A DNA stretch of 64,000 bases from the human T2T-CHM13v2.0 reference genome, Homo sapiens. Shown here piece by piece: positions 37,301 through 51,331 of the stretch. The translations under genes were made by a program, and so were the position numbers. The notes beneath the pieces are model-generated. The model did no database searches, had not been told where the DNA came from, and was given only the letters and a program-made list of their open reading frames with translations. Numbering within the stretch: position 1 is the stretch's first letter; each line of letters opens with the position of its first letter. Location: the NCBI RefSeq assembly GCF_009914755.1, contig NC_060937.1; one strand, written 5' to 3'.

Positions 37301-39431
37301 TGCTGCTGTCTAGTTTTTATACGAATTCCCGCTTCCAACGAAATCCTCAAAGCAATCCAAATATCCACTTGCAGAATCCACAAAAAGAGTGTTTCAAAAC
37401 TGCTCTATCAATAGAAAGGTTCAACTCTTTTAGTTGAGTACACACATCACAAACAAGTTTCTGAGAATGCTTCTGTCTGGCTTTTATTGGAAGACGTTTC
37501 CTTTTCACCAAAGGCATCAAAGCGCTCCAAATGTCCACTTCCAGATTCTTCCAAAAGAGTGTTTGAAACGTGCTCAAAGTAAGGGAATGTTCAACTCTGT
37601 GACTTGAATGCAGATATCACCAAGTAGTTTCTAATAGTGCTTCTGTCTAGATTTTAGATGATGATATTCCCGTTTCCAACGAAATCGTTAGAGCTATCCA
37701 AATATCCACTTACAGTTTCTACAAAAAGAGTGTTTCCAAACTGCTGCATCAAAAGAAAGGTTCAACTCTGTTAGTTGAGGACACACATCACAAAGAAGTT
37801 TGTGAGAATGCTTCTGTCTAGATTTTGTATGACCATATTCCCTTTTCCAGCGATATCATTAAAGCAATCTAAATATCCATTTGCAGAATCCACAAAAATA
37901 GAGTTTCAAAGCTGCTCTGTAAAAAGAAAGGTTCCACTCTGTTAGCTGAGTACACACATCACAAACTTGTTTCTCAGAATCCTTCTGTCTCGTTTTTATG
38001 GGAAGATATTTACTTTTTCACCGTAGGCATCAAAGCGCTCCAAATGTCCACATCCAGATACTCCAGAAAGAGTGTTTCAAACCTGCTCTATGAAAGGGAA
38101 TCTTCAACTCTATGAGTTGAATGCAGACATCAGAAAGAAATTTCTGAGAATGCTGCTGTCTACCTTTTATTTGAATTCCCGCTTCCAACGAAATCCTCCA
38201 AGCTATCCAAATATCCACCTGCATTTTCCACAAAAAGAGCGTTTCAAAACTGCTCTATCAATAGAAATGTTCAACTCCTTTGGCTGGGTACACACATCAC
38301 AAACAAGTTTCTGAGAATGCTTCTGTCTAGTTTTTATGGGAAGACATTCCCTTTTTCACCAAAGGCATCAAAGCGCTCCAAATGTCCACTTCCAGACACT
38401 ACAAAAAGAGTGTTTCCAACGTGCTCTAAGAAAGCGAATGTTCAACTCTGTGACTTGAATGCAGATATCACAAAGTAGTTTCTGAGAGGGCTTCTGTCTA
38501 GATTTTAGATGATGATATTCCCGTTTCCAACGAAATCATTAGAGCTATCCAAATATCCACTTACAGTTTCTACAAAAAGAGTGTTTCCAAACTGCTGCAT
38601 CAAAAGAGAGGTTCCACTCTGTTAGCTGAGTACACACATCACAAACTTGTTTCTCAGAATCCTTCTGTCTCGTTTTTCTGGGAAGATATTTACTTTTTCA
38701 CCGTAGGCATCAAAGCGCTCCAAATGTCCACATCCAGATACTCCAGAAAGAGTGTTTCAAACCTGCTCTATGAAAGGGAATCTTCAACTCTATGAGTTGA
38801 ATGCAGACATCAGAAAGAAATTTCTGAGAATGCTGCTGTCTACCTTTTATTTGAACTCCCGCTTCCAACGAAATCCTCCAAGCTATCGAAATATCCACTT
38901 GCATTTTCCACAAAAAGAGTGCTTCAAAACTGCTCTATCAATAGAAATGTTCAACTCCTTTAGCTGGGTGCACACATCACAAACAAGTTTCTGAGAATGC
39001 TTCTGTCTAGTTTTTATGGGAAGACATTCCCTTTTTCACCAAAGGCATCAAAGCGCTCCAAATGTCCACTTCCAGACACTACAAAAAGAGTGTTTCCAAC
39101 GTGCTCTAAGAAAGCGAATGTTCAACTCTGTGACTTGAATGCAGATATCACAAAGTAGTTTCTGAGAGGGCTTCTGTCTAGATTTTAGATGATGATATTC
39201 CCGTTTCCAACGAAATCATTAGAGCTATCCAAATATCCACTTACAGTTTCTACAAAAAGAGTGTTTCCAAACTGCTGCATCAAAAGAGAGGTTCCACTCT
39301 GTTAGCTGAGTACACACATCACAAACTTGTTTCTGAGAATCCTTCTGTGTCGTTTTTATGGGAAGATATTTACTTTTTCACCGTAGGCATCAAAGCGCTC
39401 CAAATGTCCACATCCAGATACTCCAGAAAGA

Positions 39432-42400
39432 GTGTTTCAAACCTGCTCTATGAAAGGGAATCTTCAACTCTATGAGTTGAATGCAGACATCAGAAAGAAA
39501 TTTCTGAGAATGCTGCTGTCTACCTTTTATTTGAATTCCCGCTTCCAACGAAATCCTCCAAGCTATCCAAATATCCACTTGCAGATTCCACAAAAAGAGT
39601 GTTTCAAAACTGCTCTCTATCAATGGCAAAGTTCAACTCTGTTAGTTGAGGACACATATCACCAACAAGTTTCTGAGAATGCTTCTGTCTATTTTTTATG
39701 GGAAGATATTTCCTTTTTCGCCGTAGGCGTCAAGGCGATCGAAATGTCCACTTCCACAAACTACAAAAAGAGTGTTTCAAACCTGCTCTATGAAAGGCCA
39801 TGTTCATCTCTATGAGTCGAATGGAAATATCCGAAAGAAATTTCTGGGAATGCTGCTGTCTAGTTTTTATACGAATTCCCGCTTCCAACGAAATCCTCAA
39901 AGCAATCCAAATATCCACTTGCAGAATCCACAAAAAGAGTGTTTCAAAACTGCTCTATCAATAGAAAGGTTCAACTCTTTTAGTTGAGTACACACATCAC
40001 AAACAAGTTTCTGAGAATGCTTCTGTCTGGCTTTTATTGGAAGACGTTTCCTTTTCACCAAAGGCATCAAAGCGCTCCAAATGTCCACTTCCAGATTCTT
40101 CCAAAAGAGTGTTTGAAACGTGCTCAAAGTAAGGGAATGTTCCACTCTGTGACTTGAATGCAGATATCACCAAGTAGTTTCTAATAGTGCTTCTGTCTAG
40201 ATTTTAGATGATGATATTCCCGTTTCCAACGAAATCGTTAGAGCTATCCAAATATCCACTTACAGTTGCTACAAAAACAGTGTTTCCAAACTGCTGCATC
40301 AAAAGAAAGGTTCAACTCTGTTAGTTGAGGACACACGTCACAAAGAAGTTTGTGAGAATGCTTCTGTCTAGATTTTGTATGACGATATTCCCTTTTCCAA
40401 CGATATCGTTAAAGCAATCTAAATATCCATTTGCAGAATCCACAAAAATAGAGTTTCAAAGCTGCTCTGTAAAAAGAAAGGTTCCACTCTGTTAGCTGAG
40501 TACACACATCACAAACTTGTTTCTCAGAATCCTTCTGTCTCGTTTTTATGGGAAGATATTTACTTTTTCACCGTAGGCATCAAAGCGCTCCAAATGTCCA
40601 CATCCAGATACTCCAGAAAGAGTGTTTCAAACCTGCTCTATGAAAGGGAATCTTCAACTCTATGAGTTGAATGCAGACATCAGAAAGAAATTTCTGAGAA
40701 TGCTGCTGTCTACCTTTTATTTGAATTCCCGCTTCCAACGAAATCCTCCAAGCTATCCAAATATCCACTTGCAGATTCCACAAAAAGAGTGTTTCAAAAC
40801 TGCTCTCTATCAATGGCAAAGTTCAACTCTGTTAGTTGAGGACACATATCACCAACAAGTTTCTGAGAATGCTTCTGTCTATTTTTTATGGGAAGATATT
40901 TCCTTTTTCACCGTAGGCGTCAAGGCAATCGAAATGTCCACTTCCACAAACTACAAAAAGAGTGTTTCAAACCTGCTCTATGAAAGGCCATGTTCATCTC
41001 TATGAGTCGAATGGAAATATCCGAAAGAAATTTCTGGGAATGCTGCTGTCTAGTTTTTATACGAATTCCCGCTTCCAACGAAATCCTCAAAGCAATCCAA
41101 ATATCCACTTGCAGAATCCACAAAAAGAGTGTTTCAAAACTGCTCTATCAATAGAAAGGTTCAACTCTTTTAGTTGAGTACACACATCACAAACAAGTTT
41201 CTGAGAATGCTTCTGTCTGGCTTTTATTGGAAGACGTTTCCTTTTCACCAAAGGCATCAAAGCGCTCCAAATGTCCACTTCCAGATTCTTCCAAAAGAGT
41301 GTTTGAAACGTGCTCAAAGTAAGGGAATGTTCAACTCTGTGACTTGAATGCAGATATCACCAAGTAGTTTCTAATAGTGCTTCTGTCTAGATTTTAGATG
41401 ATGATATTCCCGTTTCCAACGAAATCGTTAGAGCTATCCAAATATCCACTTACAGTTTCTACAAAAAGAGTGTTTCCAAACTGCTGCATCAAAAGAAAGG
41501 TTCAACTCTGTTAGTTGAGGACACACGTCACAAAGAAGTTTGTGAGAATGCTTCTGTCTAGATTTTGTATGACCATATTCCCTTTTCCAGCGATATCGTT
41601 AAAGCAATCTAAATATCCATTTGCAGAATCCACAAAAATAGAGTTTCAAAGCTGCTCTGTAAAAAGAAAGGTTCCACTCTGTTAGCTGAGTACACACATC
41701 ACAAACTTGTTTCTGAGAATCCTTCTGTCTCGTTTTTCTGGGAAGATATTTACTTTTTCACCGTAGGCATCAAAGCGCTCCAAATGTCCACATCCAGATA
41801 CTCCAGAAAGAGTGTTTCAAACCTGCTCTATGAAAGGGAATCTTCAACTCTATGAGTTGAATGCAGACATCAGAAAGAAATTTCTGAGAATGCTGCTGTC
41901 TACCTTTTATTTGAATTCCCGCTTCCAACGAAATCCTCCAAGCTATCCAAATATCCACTTGCAGATTCCACAAAAAGAGTGTTTCAAAACTGCTCTCTAT
42001 CAATGGCAAAGTTCAACTCTGTTAGTTGAGGACACATATCACCAACAAGTTTCTGAGAATGCTTCTGTCTATTTTTTATGGGAAGATATTTCCTTTTTCG
42101 CCGTAGGCGTCAAGGTGATCGAAATGTCCACTTCCACAAACTACAAAAAGAGTGTTTCAAACCTGCTCTATGAAAGGCCATGTTCATCTCTATGAGTCGA
42201 ATGGAAATATCCGAAAGAAATTTCTGGGAATGCTGCTGTCTAGTTTTTATACGAATTCCCGCTTCCAACGAAATCCTCAAAGCAATCCAAATATCCACTT
42301 GCAGAATCCACAAAAAGAGTGTTTCAAAACTGCTCTATCAATAGAAAGGTTCAACTCTTTTAGTTGAGTACACACATCACAAACAAGTTTCTGAGAATGC

Positions 42401-45400
42401 TTCTGTCTGGCTTTTATTGGAAGACGTTTCCTTTTCACCAAAGGCATCAAAGCGCTCCAAATGTCCACTTCCAGATTCTTCCAAAAGAGTGTTTGAAACG
42501 TGCTCAAAGTAAGGGAATGTTCAACTCTGTGACTTGAATGCAGATATCACCAAGTAGTTTCTAATAGTGCTTCTGTCTAGATTTTAGATGATGATATTCC
42601 CGTTTCCAACGAAATCGTTAGAGCTATCCAAATATCCACTTACAGTTGCTACAAAAACAGTGTTTCCAAACTGCTGCATCAAAAGAAAGGTTCAACTCTG
42701 TTAGTTGAGGACACACGTCACAAAGAAGTTTGTGAGAATGCTTCTGTCTAGATTTTGTATGACGATATTCCCTTTTCCAACGATATCGTTAAAGCAATCT
42801 AAATATCCATTTGCAGAATCCACAAAAATAGAGTTTCAAAGCTGCTCTGTAAAAAGAAAGGTTCCACTCTGTTAGCTGAGTACACACATCACAAACTTGT
42901 TTCTCAGAATCCTTCTGTCTCGTTTTTATGGGAAGATATTTACTTTTTCACCGTAGGCATCAAAGCGCTCCAAATGTCCACATCCAGATACTCCAGAAAG
43001 AGTGTTTCAAACCTGCTCTATGAAAGGGAATCTTCAACTCTATGAGTTGAATGCAGACATCAGAAAGAAATTTCTGAGAATGCTGCTGTCTACCTTTTAT
43101 TTGAATTCCCGCTTCCAACGAAATCCTCCAAGCTATCCAAATATCCACTTGCAGATTCCACAAAAAGAGTGTTTCAAAACTGCTCTCTATCAATGGCAAA
43201 GTTCAACTCTGTTAGTTGAGGACACATATCACCAACAAGTTTCTGAGAATGCTTCTGTCTATTTTTTATGGGAAGATATATCCTTTTTCACCGTAGGCGT
43301 CAAGGCAATCGAAATGTCCACTTCCACAAACTACAAAAAGAGTGTTTCAAACCTGCTCTATGAAAGGCCATGTTCATCTCTATGAGTCGAATGGAAATAT
43401 CCGAAAGAAATTTCTGGGAATGCTGCTGTCTAGTTTTTATACGAATTCCCGCTTCCAACGAAATCCTCAAAGCAATCCAAATATCCACTTGCAGAATCCA
43501 CAAAAAGAGTGTTTCAAAACTGCTCTATCAATAGAAAGGTTCAACTCTTTTAGTTGAGTACACACATCACAAACAAGTTTCTGAGAATGCTTCTGTCTGG
43601 CTTTTATTGGAAGACGTTTCCTTTTCACCAAAGGCATCAAAGCGCTCCAAATGTCCACTTCCAGATTCTTCCAAAAGAGTGTTTGAAACGTGCTCAAAGT
43701 AAGGGAATGTTCAACTCTGTGACTTGAATGCAGATATCACCAAGTAGTTTCTAATAGTGCTTCTGTCTAGATTTTAGATGATGATATTCCCGTTTCCAAC
43801 GAAATCGTTAGAGCTATCCAAATATCCACTTACAGTTTCTACAAAAAGAGTGTTTCCAAACTGCTGCATCAAAAGAAAGGTTCAACTCTGTTAGTTGAGG
43901 ACACACGTCACAAAGAAGTTTGTGAGAATGCTTCTGTCTAGATTTTGTATGACCATATTCCCTTTTCCAGCGATATCGTTAAAGCAATCTAAATATCCAT
44001 TTGCAGAATCCACAAAAATAGAGTTTCAAAGCTGCTCTGTAAAAAGAAAGGTTCCACTCTGTTAGCTGAGTACACACATCACAAACTTGTTTCTGAGAAT
44101 CCTTCTGTCTCGTTTTTATGGGAAGATATTTACTTTTTCACCGTAGGCATCAAAGCGCTCCAAATGTCCACATCCAGATACTCCAGAAAGAGTGTTTCAA
44201 ACCTGCTCTATGAAAGGGAATCTTCAACTCTATGAGTTGAATGCAGACATCAGAAAGAAATTTCTGAGAATGCTGCTGTCTACCTTTTATTTGAATTCCC
44301 GCTTCCAACGAAATCCTCCAAGCTATCCAAATATCCACTTGCAGATTCCACAAAAAGAGTGTTTCAAAACTGCTCTCTATCAATGGCAAAGTTCAACTCT
44401 GTTAGTTGAGGACACATATCACCAACAAGTTTCTGAGAATGCTTCTGTCTATTTTTTATGGGAAGATATTTCCTTTTTCGCCGTAGGCGTCAAGGCGATC
44501 GAAATGTCCACTTCCACAAACTACAAAAAGAGTGTTTCAAACCTGCTCTATGAAAGGCCATGTTCATCTCTATGAGTCGAATGGAAATATCCGAAAGAAA
44601 TTTCTGGGAATGCTGCTGTCTAGTTTTTATACGAATTCCCGCTTCCAACGAAATCCTCAAAGCAATCCAAATATCCACTTGCAGAATCCACAAAAAGAGT
44701 GTTTCAAAACTGCTCTATCAATAGAAAGGTTCAACTCTTTTAGTTGAGTACACACATCACAAACAAGTTTCTGAGAATGCTTCTGTCTGGCTTTTATTGG
44801 AAGACGTTTCCTTTTCACCAAAGGCATCAAAGCGCTCCAAATGTCCACTTCCAGATTCTTCCAAAAGAGTGTTTGAAACGTGCTCAAAGTAAGGGAATGT
44901 TCAACTCTGTGACTTGAATGCAGATATCACCAAGTAGTTTCTAATAGTGCTTCTGTCTAGATTTTAGATGATGATATTCCCGTTTCCAACGAAATCGTTA
45001 GAGCTATCCAAATATCCACTTACAGTTGCTACAAAAACAGTGTTTCCAAACTGCTGCATCAAAAGAAAGGTTCAACTCTGTTAGTTGAGGACACACGTCA
45101 CAAAGAAGTTTGTGAGAATGCTTCTGTCTAGATTTTGTATGACGATATTCCCTTTTCCAACGATATCGTTAAAGCAATCTAAATATCCATTTGCAGAATC
45201 CACAAAAATAGAGTTTCAAAGCTGCTCTGTAAAAAGAAAGGTTCCACTCTGTTAGCTGAGTACACACATCACAAACTTGTTTCTCAGAATCCTTCTGTCT
45301 CGTTTTTCTGGGAAGATATTTACTTTTTCACCGTAGGCATCAAAGCGCTCCAAATGTCCACATCCAGATACTCCAGAAAGAGTGTTTCAAACCTGCTCTA

Positions 45401-48400
45401 TGAAAGGGAATCTTCAACTCTATGAGTTGAATGCAGACATCAGAAAGAAATTTCTGAGAATGCTGCTGTCTACCTTTTATTTGAATTCCCGCTTCCAACG
45501 AAATCCTCCAAGCTATCCAAATATCCACTTGCAGATTCCACAAAAAGAGTGTTTCAAAACTGCTCTCTATCAATGGCAAAGTTCAACTCTGTTAGTTGAG
45601 GACACATATCACCAACAAGTTTCTGAGAATGCTTCTGTCTATTTTTTATGGGAAGATATTTCCTTTTTCACCGTAGGCGTCAAGGCGATCGAAATGTCCA
45701 CTTCCACAAACTACAAAAAGAGTGTTTCAAACCTGCTCTATGAAAGGCCATGTTCATCTCTATGAGTCGAATGGAAATATCCGAAAGAAATTTCTGGGAA
45801 TGCTGCTGTCTAGTTTTTATACGAATTCCCGCTTCCAACGAAATCCTCAAAGCAATCCAAATATCCACTTGCAGAATCCACAAAAAGAGTGTTTCAAAAC
45901 TGCTCTATCAATAGAAAGGTTCAACTCTTTTAGTTGAGTACACACATCACAAACAAGTTTCTGAGAATGCTTCTGTCTGGCTTTTATTGGAAGACGTTTC
46001 CTTTTCACCAAAGGCATCAAAGCGCTCCAAATGTCCACTTCCAGATTCTTCCAAAAGAGTGTTTGAAACGTGCTCAAAGTAAGGGAATGTTCAACTCTGT
46101 GACTTGAATGCAGATATCACCAAGTAGTTTCTAATAGTGCTTCTGTCTAGATTTTAGATGATGATATTCCCGTTTCCAACGAAATCGTTAGAGCTATCCA
46201 AATATCCACTTACAGTTTCTACAAAAAGAGTGTTTCCAAACTGCTGCATCAAAAGAAAGGTTCAACTCTGTTAGTTGAGGACACACGTCACAAAGAAGTT
46301 TGTGAGAATGCTTCTGTCTAGATTTTGTATGACCATATTCCCTTTTCCAGCGATATCGTTAAAGCAATCTAAATATCCATTTGCAGAATCCACAAAAATA
46401 GAGTTTCAAAGCTGCTCTGTAAAAAGAAAGGTTCCACTCTGTTAGCTGAGTACACACATCACAAACTTGTTTCTGAGAATCCTTCTGTCTCGTTTTTATG
46501 GGAAGATATTTACTTTTTCACCGTAGGCATCAAAGCGCTCCAAATGTCCACATCCAGATACTCCAGAAAGTGTGTTTCAAACCTGCTCTATGAAAGGGAA
46601 TCTTCAACTCTATGAGTTGAATGCAGACATCAGAAAGAAATTTCTGAGAATGCTGCTGTCTACCTTTTATTTGAATTCCCGCTTCCAACGAAATCCTCCA
46701 AGCTATCCAAATATCCACTTGCAGATTCCACAAAAAGAGTGTTTCAAAACTGCTCTCTATCAATGGCAAAGTTCAACTCTGTTAGTTGAGGACACATATC
46801 ACCAACAAGTTTCTGAGAATGCTTCTGTCTATTTTTTATGGGAAGATATTTCCTTTTTCACCGTAGGCGTCAAGGCGATCGAAATGTCCACTTCCACAAA
46901 CTACAAAAAGAGTGTTTCAAACCTGCTCTATGAAAGGCCATGTTCATCTCTATGAGTCGAATGGAAATATCCGAAAGAAATTTCTGGGAATGCTGCTGTC
47001 TAGTTTTTATACGAATTCCCGCTTCCAACGAAATCCTCAAAGCAATCCAAATATCCACTTGCAGAATCCACAAAAAGAGTGTTTCAAAACTGCTCTATCA
47101 ATAGAAAGGTTCAACTCTTTTAGTTGAGTACACACATCACAAACAAGTTTCTGAGAATGCTTCTGTCTGGCTTTTATTGGAAGACGTTTCCTTTTCACCA
47201 AAGGCATCAAAGCGCTCCAAATGTCCACTTCCAGATTCTTCCAAAAGAGTGTTTGAAACGTGCTCAAAGTAAGGGAATGTTCAACTCTGTGACTTGAATG
47301 CAGATATCACCAAGTAGTTTCTAATAGTGCTTCTGTCTAGATTTTAGATGATGATATTCCCGTTTCCAACGAAATCGTTAGAGCTATCCAAATATCCACT
47401 TACAGTTTCTACAAAAACAGTGTTTCCAAACTGCTGCATCAAAAGAAAGGTTCAACTCTGTTAGTTGAGGACACACATCACAAAGAAGTTTGTGAGAATG
47501 CTTCTGTCTAGATTTTGTATGACGATATTCCCTTTTCCAACGATATCGTTAAAGCAATCTAAATATCCATTTGCAGAATCCACAAAAATAGAGTTTCAAA
47601 GCTGCTCTGTAAAAAGAAAGGTTCCACTCTGTTAGCTGAGTACACACATCACAAACTTGTTTCTCAGAATCCTTCTGTCTCGTTTTTATGGGAAGATATT
47701 TACTTTTTCACCGTAGGCATCAAAGCGCTCCAAATGTCCACATCCAGATACTCCAGAAAGAGTGTTTCAAACCTGCTCTATGAAAGGGAATCTTCAACTC
47801 TATGAGTTGAATGCAGACATCAGAAAGAAATTTCTGAGAATGCTGCTGTCTACCTTTTATTTGAATTCCCGCTTCCAACGAAATCCTCCAAGCTATCCAA
47901 ATATCCACTTGCAGATTCCACAAAAAGAGTGTTTCAAAACTGCTCTCTATCAATGGCAAAGTTCAACTCTGTTAGTTGAGGACACATATCACTAACAAGT
48001 TTCTGAGAATGCTTCTGTCTATTTTTTATGGGAAGATATTTCCTTTTTCACCGTAGGCGTCAAGGCGATCGAAATGTCCACTTCCACAAACTACAAAAAG
48101 AGTGTTTCAAACCTGCTCTATGAAAGGCCATGTTCATCTCTATGAGTCGAATGGAAATATCCGAAAGAAATTTCTGGGAATGCTGCTGTCTAGTTTTTAT
48201 ACGAATTCCCGCTTCCAACGAAATCCTCAAAGCAATCCAAATATCCACTTGCAGAATCCACAAAAAGAGTGTTTCAAAACTGCTCTATCAATAGAAAGGT
48301 TCAACTCTTTTAGTTGAGTACACACATCACAAACAAGTTTCTGAGAATGCTTCTGTCTGGCTTTTATTGGAAGACGTTTCCTTTTCACCAAAGGCATCAA

Positions 48401-51331
48401 AGCGCTCCAAATGTCCACTTCCAGATTCTTCCAAAAGAGTGTTTGAAACGTGCTCAAAGTAAGGGAATGTTCAACTCTGTGACTTGAATGCAGATATCAC
48501 CAAGTAGTTTCTAATAGTGCTTCTGTCTAGATTTTAGATGATGATATTCCCGTTTCCAACGAAATCGTTAGAGCTATCCAAATATCCACTTACAGTTGCT
48601 ACAAAAACAGTGTTTCCAAACTGCTGCATCAAAAGAAAGGTTCAACTCTGTTAGTTGAGGACACACATCACAAAGAAGTTTGTGAGAATGCTTCTGTCTA
48701 GATTTTGTATGACGATATTCCCTTTTCCAACGATATCATTAAAGCAATCTAAATATCCATTTGCAGAATCCACAAAAATAGAGTTTCAAAGCTGCTCTGT
48801 AAAAAGAAAGGTTCCACTCTGTTAGCTGAGTACACACATCACAAACTTGTTTCTCAGAATCCTTCTGTCTCGTTTTTATGGGAAGATATTTACTTTTTCA
48901 CCGTAGGCATCAAAGCGCTCCAAATGTCCACATCCAGATACTCCAGAAAGAGTGTTTCAAACCTGCTCTATGAAAGGGAATCTTCAACTCTATGAGTTGA
49001 ATGCAGACATCAGAAAGAAATTTCTGAGAATGCTGCTGTCTACCTTTTATTTGAATTCCCGCTTCCAACGAAATCCTCCAAGCTATCCAAATATCCACTT
49101 GCAGATTCCACAAAAAGAGTGTTTCAAAACTGCTCTCTATCAATGGCAAAGTTCAACTCTGTTAGTTGAGGACACATATCACCAACAAGTTTCTGAGAAT
49201 GCTTCTGTCTATTTTTTATGGGAAGATATTTCCTTTTTCACCGTAGGCGTCAAGGCGATCGAAATGTCCACTTCCACAAACTACAAAAAGAGTGTTTCAA
49301 ACCTGCTCTATGAAAGGCCATGTTCATCTCTATGAGTCGAATGGAAATATCCGAAAGAAATTTCTGGGAATGCTGCTGTCTAGTTTTTATACGAATTCCC
49401 GCTTCCAACGAAATCCTCAAAGCAATCCTAATATCCACTTGCAGAATCCACAAAAAGAGTGTTTCAAAACTGCTCTATCAATAGAAAGGTTCAACTCTTT
49501 TAGTTGAGTACACACATCACAAACAAGTTTCTGAGAATGCTTCTGTCTGGCTTTTATTGGAAGACGTTTCCTTTTCACCAAAGGCATCAAAGCGCTCCAA
49601 ATGTCCACTTCCAGATTCTTCCAAAAGAGTGTTTGAAACGTGCTCAAAGTAAGGGAATGTTCAACTCTGTGACTTGAATGCAGATATCACCAAGTAGTTT
49701 CTAATAGTGCTTCTGTCTAGATTTTAGATGATGATATTCCCGTTTCCAACGAAATCGTTAGAGCTATCCAAATATCCACTTACAGTTGCTACAAAAACAG
49801 TGTTTCCAAACTGCTGCATCAAAAGAAAGGTTCAACTCTGTTAGTTGAGGACACACGTCACAAAGAAGTTTGTGAGAATGCTTCTGTCTAGATTTTGTAT
49901 GACGATATTCCCTTTTCCAACGATATCGTTAAAGCAATCTAAATATCCATTTGCAGAATCCACAAAAATAGAGTTTCAAAGCTGCTCTGTAAAAAGAAAG
50001 GTTCCACTCTGTTAGCTGAGTACACACATCACAAACTTGTTTCTCAGAATCCTTCTGTCTCGTTTTTCTGGGAAGATATTTACTTTTTCACCGTAGGCAT
50101 CAAAGCGCTCCAAATGTCCACATCCAGATACTCCAGAAAGAGTGTTTCAAACCTGCTCTATGAAAGGGAATCTTCAACTCTATGAGTTGAATGCAGACAT
50201 CAGAAAGAAATTTCTGAGAATGCTGCTGTCTACCTTTTATTTGAATTCCCGCTTCCAACGAAATCCTCCAAGCTATCCAAATATCCACTTGCAGATTCCA
50301 CAAAAAGAGTGTTTCAAAACTGCTCTCTATCAATGGCAAAGTTCAACTCTGTTAGTTGAGGACACATATCACCAACAAGTTTCTGAGAATGCTTCTGTCT
50401 ATTTTTTATGGGAAGATATTTCCTTTTTCACCGTAGGCGTCAAGGCGATCGAAATGTCCACTTCCACAAACTACAAAAAGAGTGTTTCAAACCTGCTCTA
50501 TGAAAGGCCATGTTCATCTCTATGAGTCGAATGGAAATATCCGAAAGAAATTTCTGGGAATGCTGCTGTCTAGTTTTTATACGAATTCCCGCTTCCAACG
50601 AAATCCTCAAAGCAATCCAAATATCCACTTGCAGAATCCACAAAAAGAGTGTTTCAAAACTGCTCTATCAATAGAAAGGTTCAACTCTTTTAGTTGAGTA
50701 CACACATCACAAACAAGTTTCTGAGAATGCTTCTGTCTGGCTTTTATTGGAAGACGTTTCCTTTTCACCAAAGGCATCAAAGCGCTCCAAATGTCCACTT
50801 CCAGATTCTTCCAAAAGAGTGTTTGAAACGTGCTCAAAGTAAGGGAATGTTCAACTCTGTGACTTGAATGCAGATATCACCAAGTAGTTTCTAATAGTGC
50901 TTCTGTCTAGATTTTAGATGATGATATTCCCGTTTCCAACGAAATCGTTAGAGCTATCCAAATATCCACTTACAGTTTCTACAAAAAGAGTGTTTCCAAA
51001 CTGCTGCATCAAAAGAAAGGTTCAACTCTGTTAGTTGAGGACACACATCACAAAGAAGTTTGTGAGAATGCTTCTGTCTAGATTTTGTATGACCATATTC
51101 CCTTTTCCAGCGATATCATTAAAGCAATCTAAATATCCATTTGCAGAATCCACAAAAATAGAGTTTCAAAGCTGCTCTGTAAAAAGAAAGGTTCCACTCT
51201 GTTAGCTGAGTACACACATCACAAACTTGTTTCTCAGAATCCTTCTGTCTCGTTTTGATGGGAAGATATTTACTTTTTCACCGTAGGCATCAAAGCGCTC
51301 CAAATGTCCACATCCAGATACTCCAGAAACA
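39432..51331 (-). repeat. Pure 7-mer tract, ten tandem B copies (11.9 kb)
   Basis: B starts at 39432 + n*1190 up to 50142, with no 4-mer module in between. Confidence 0.95.
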
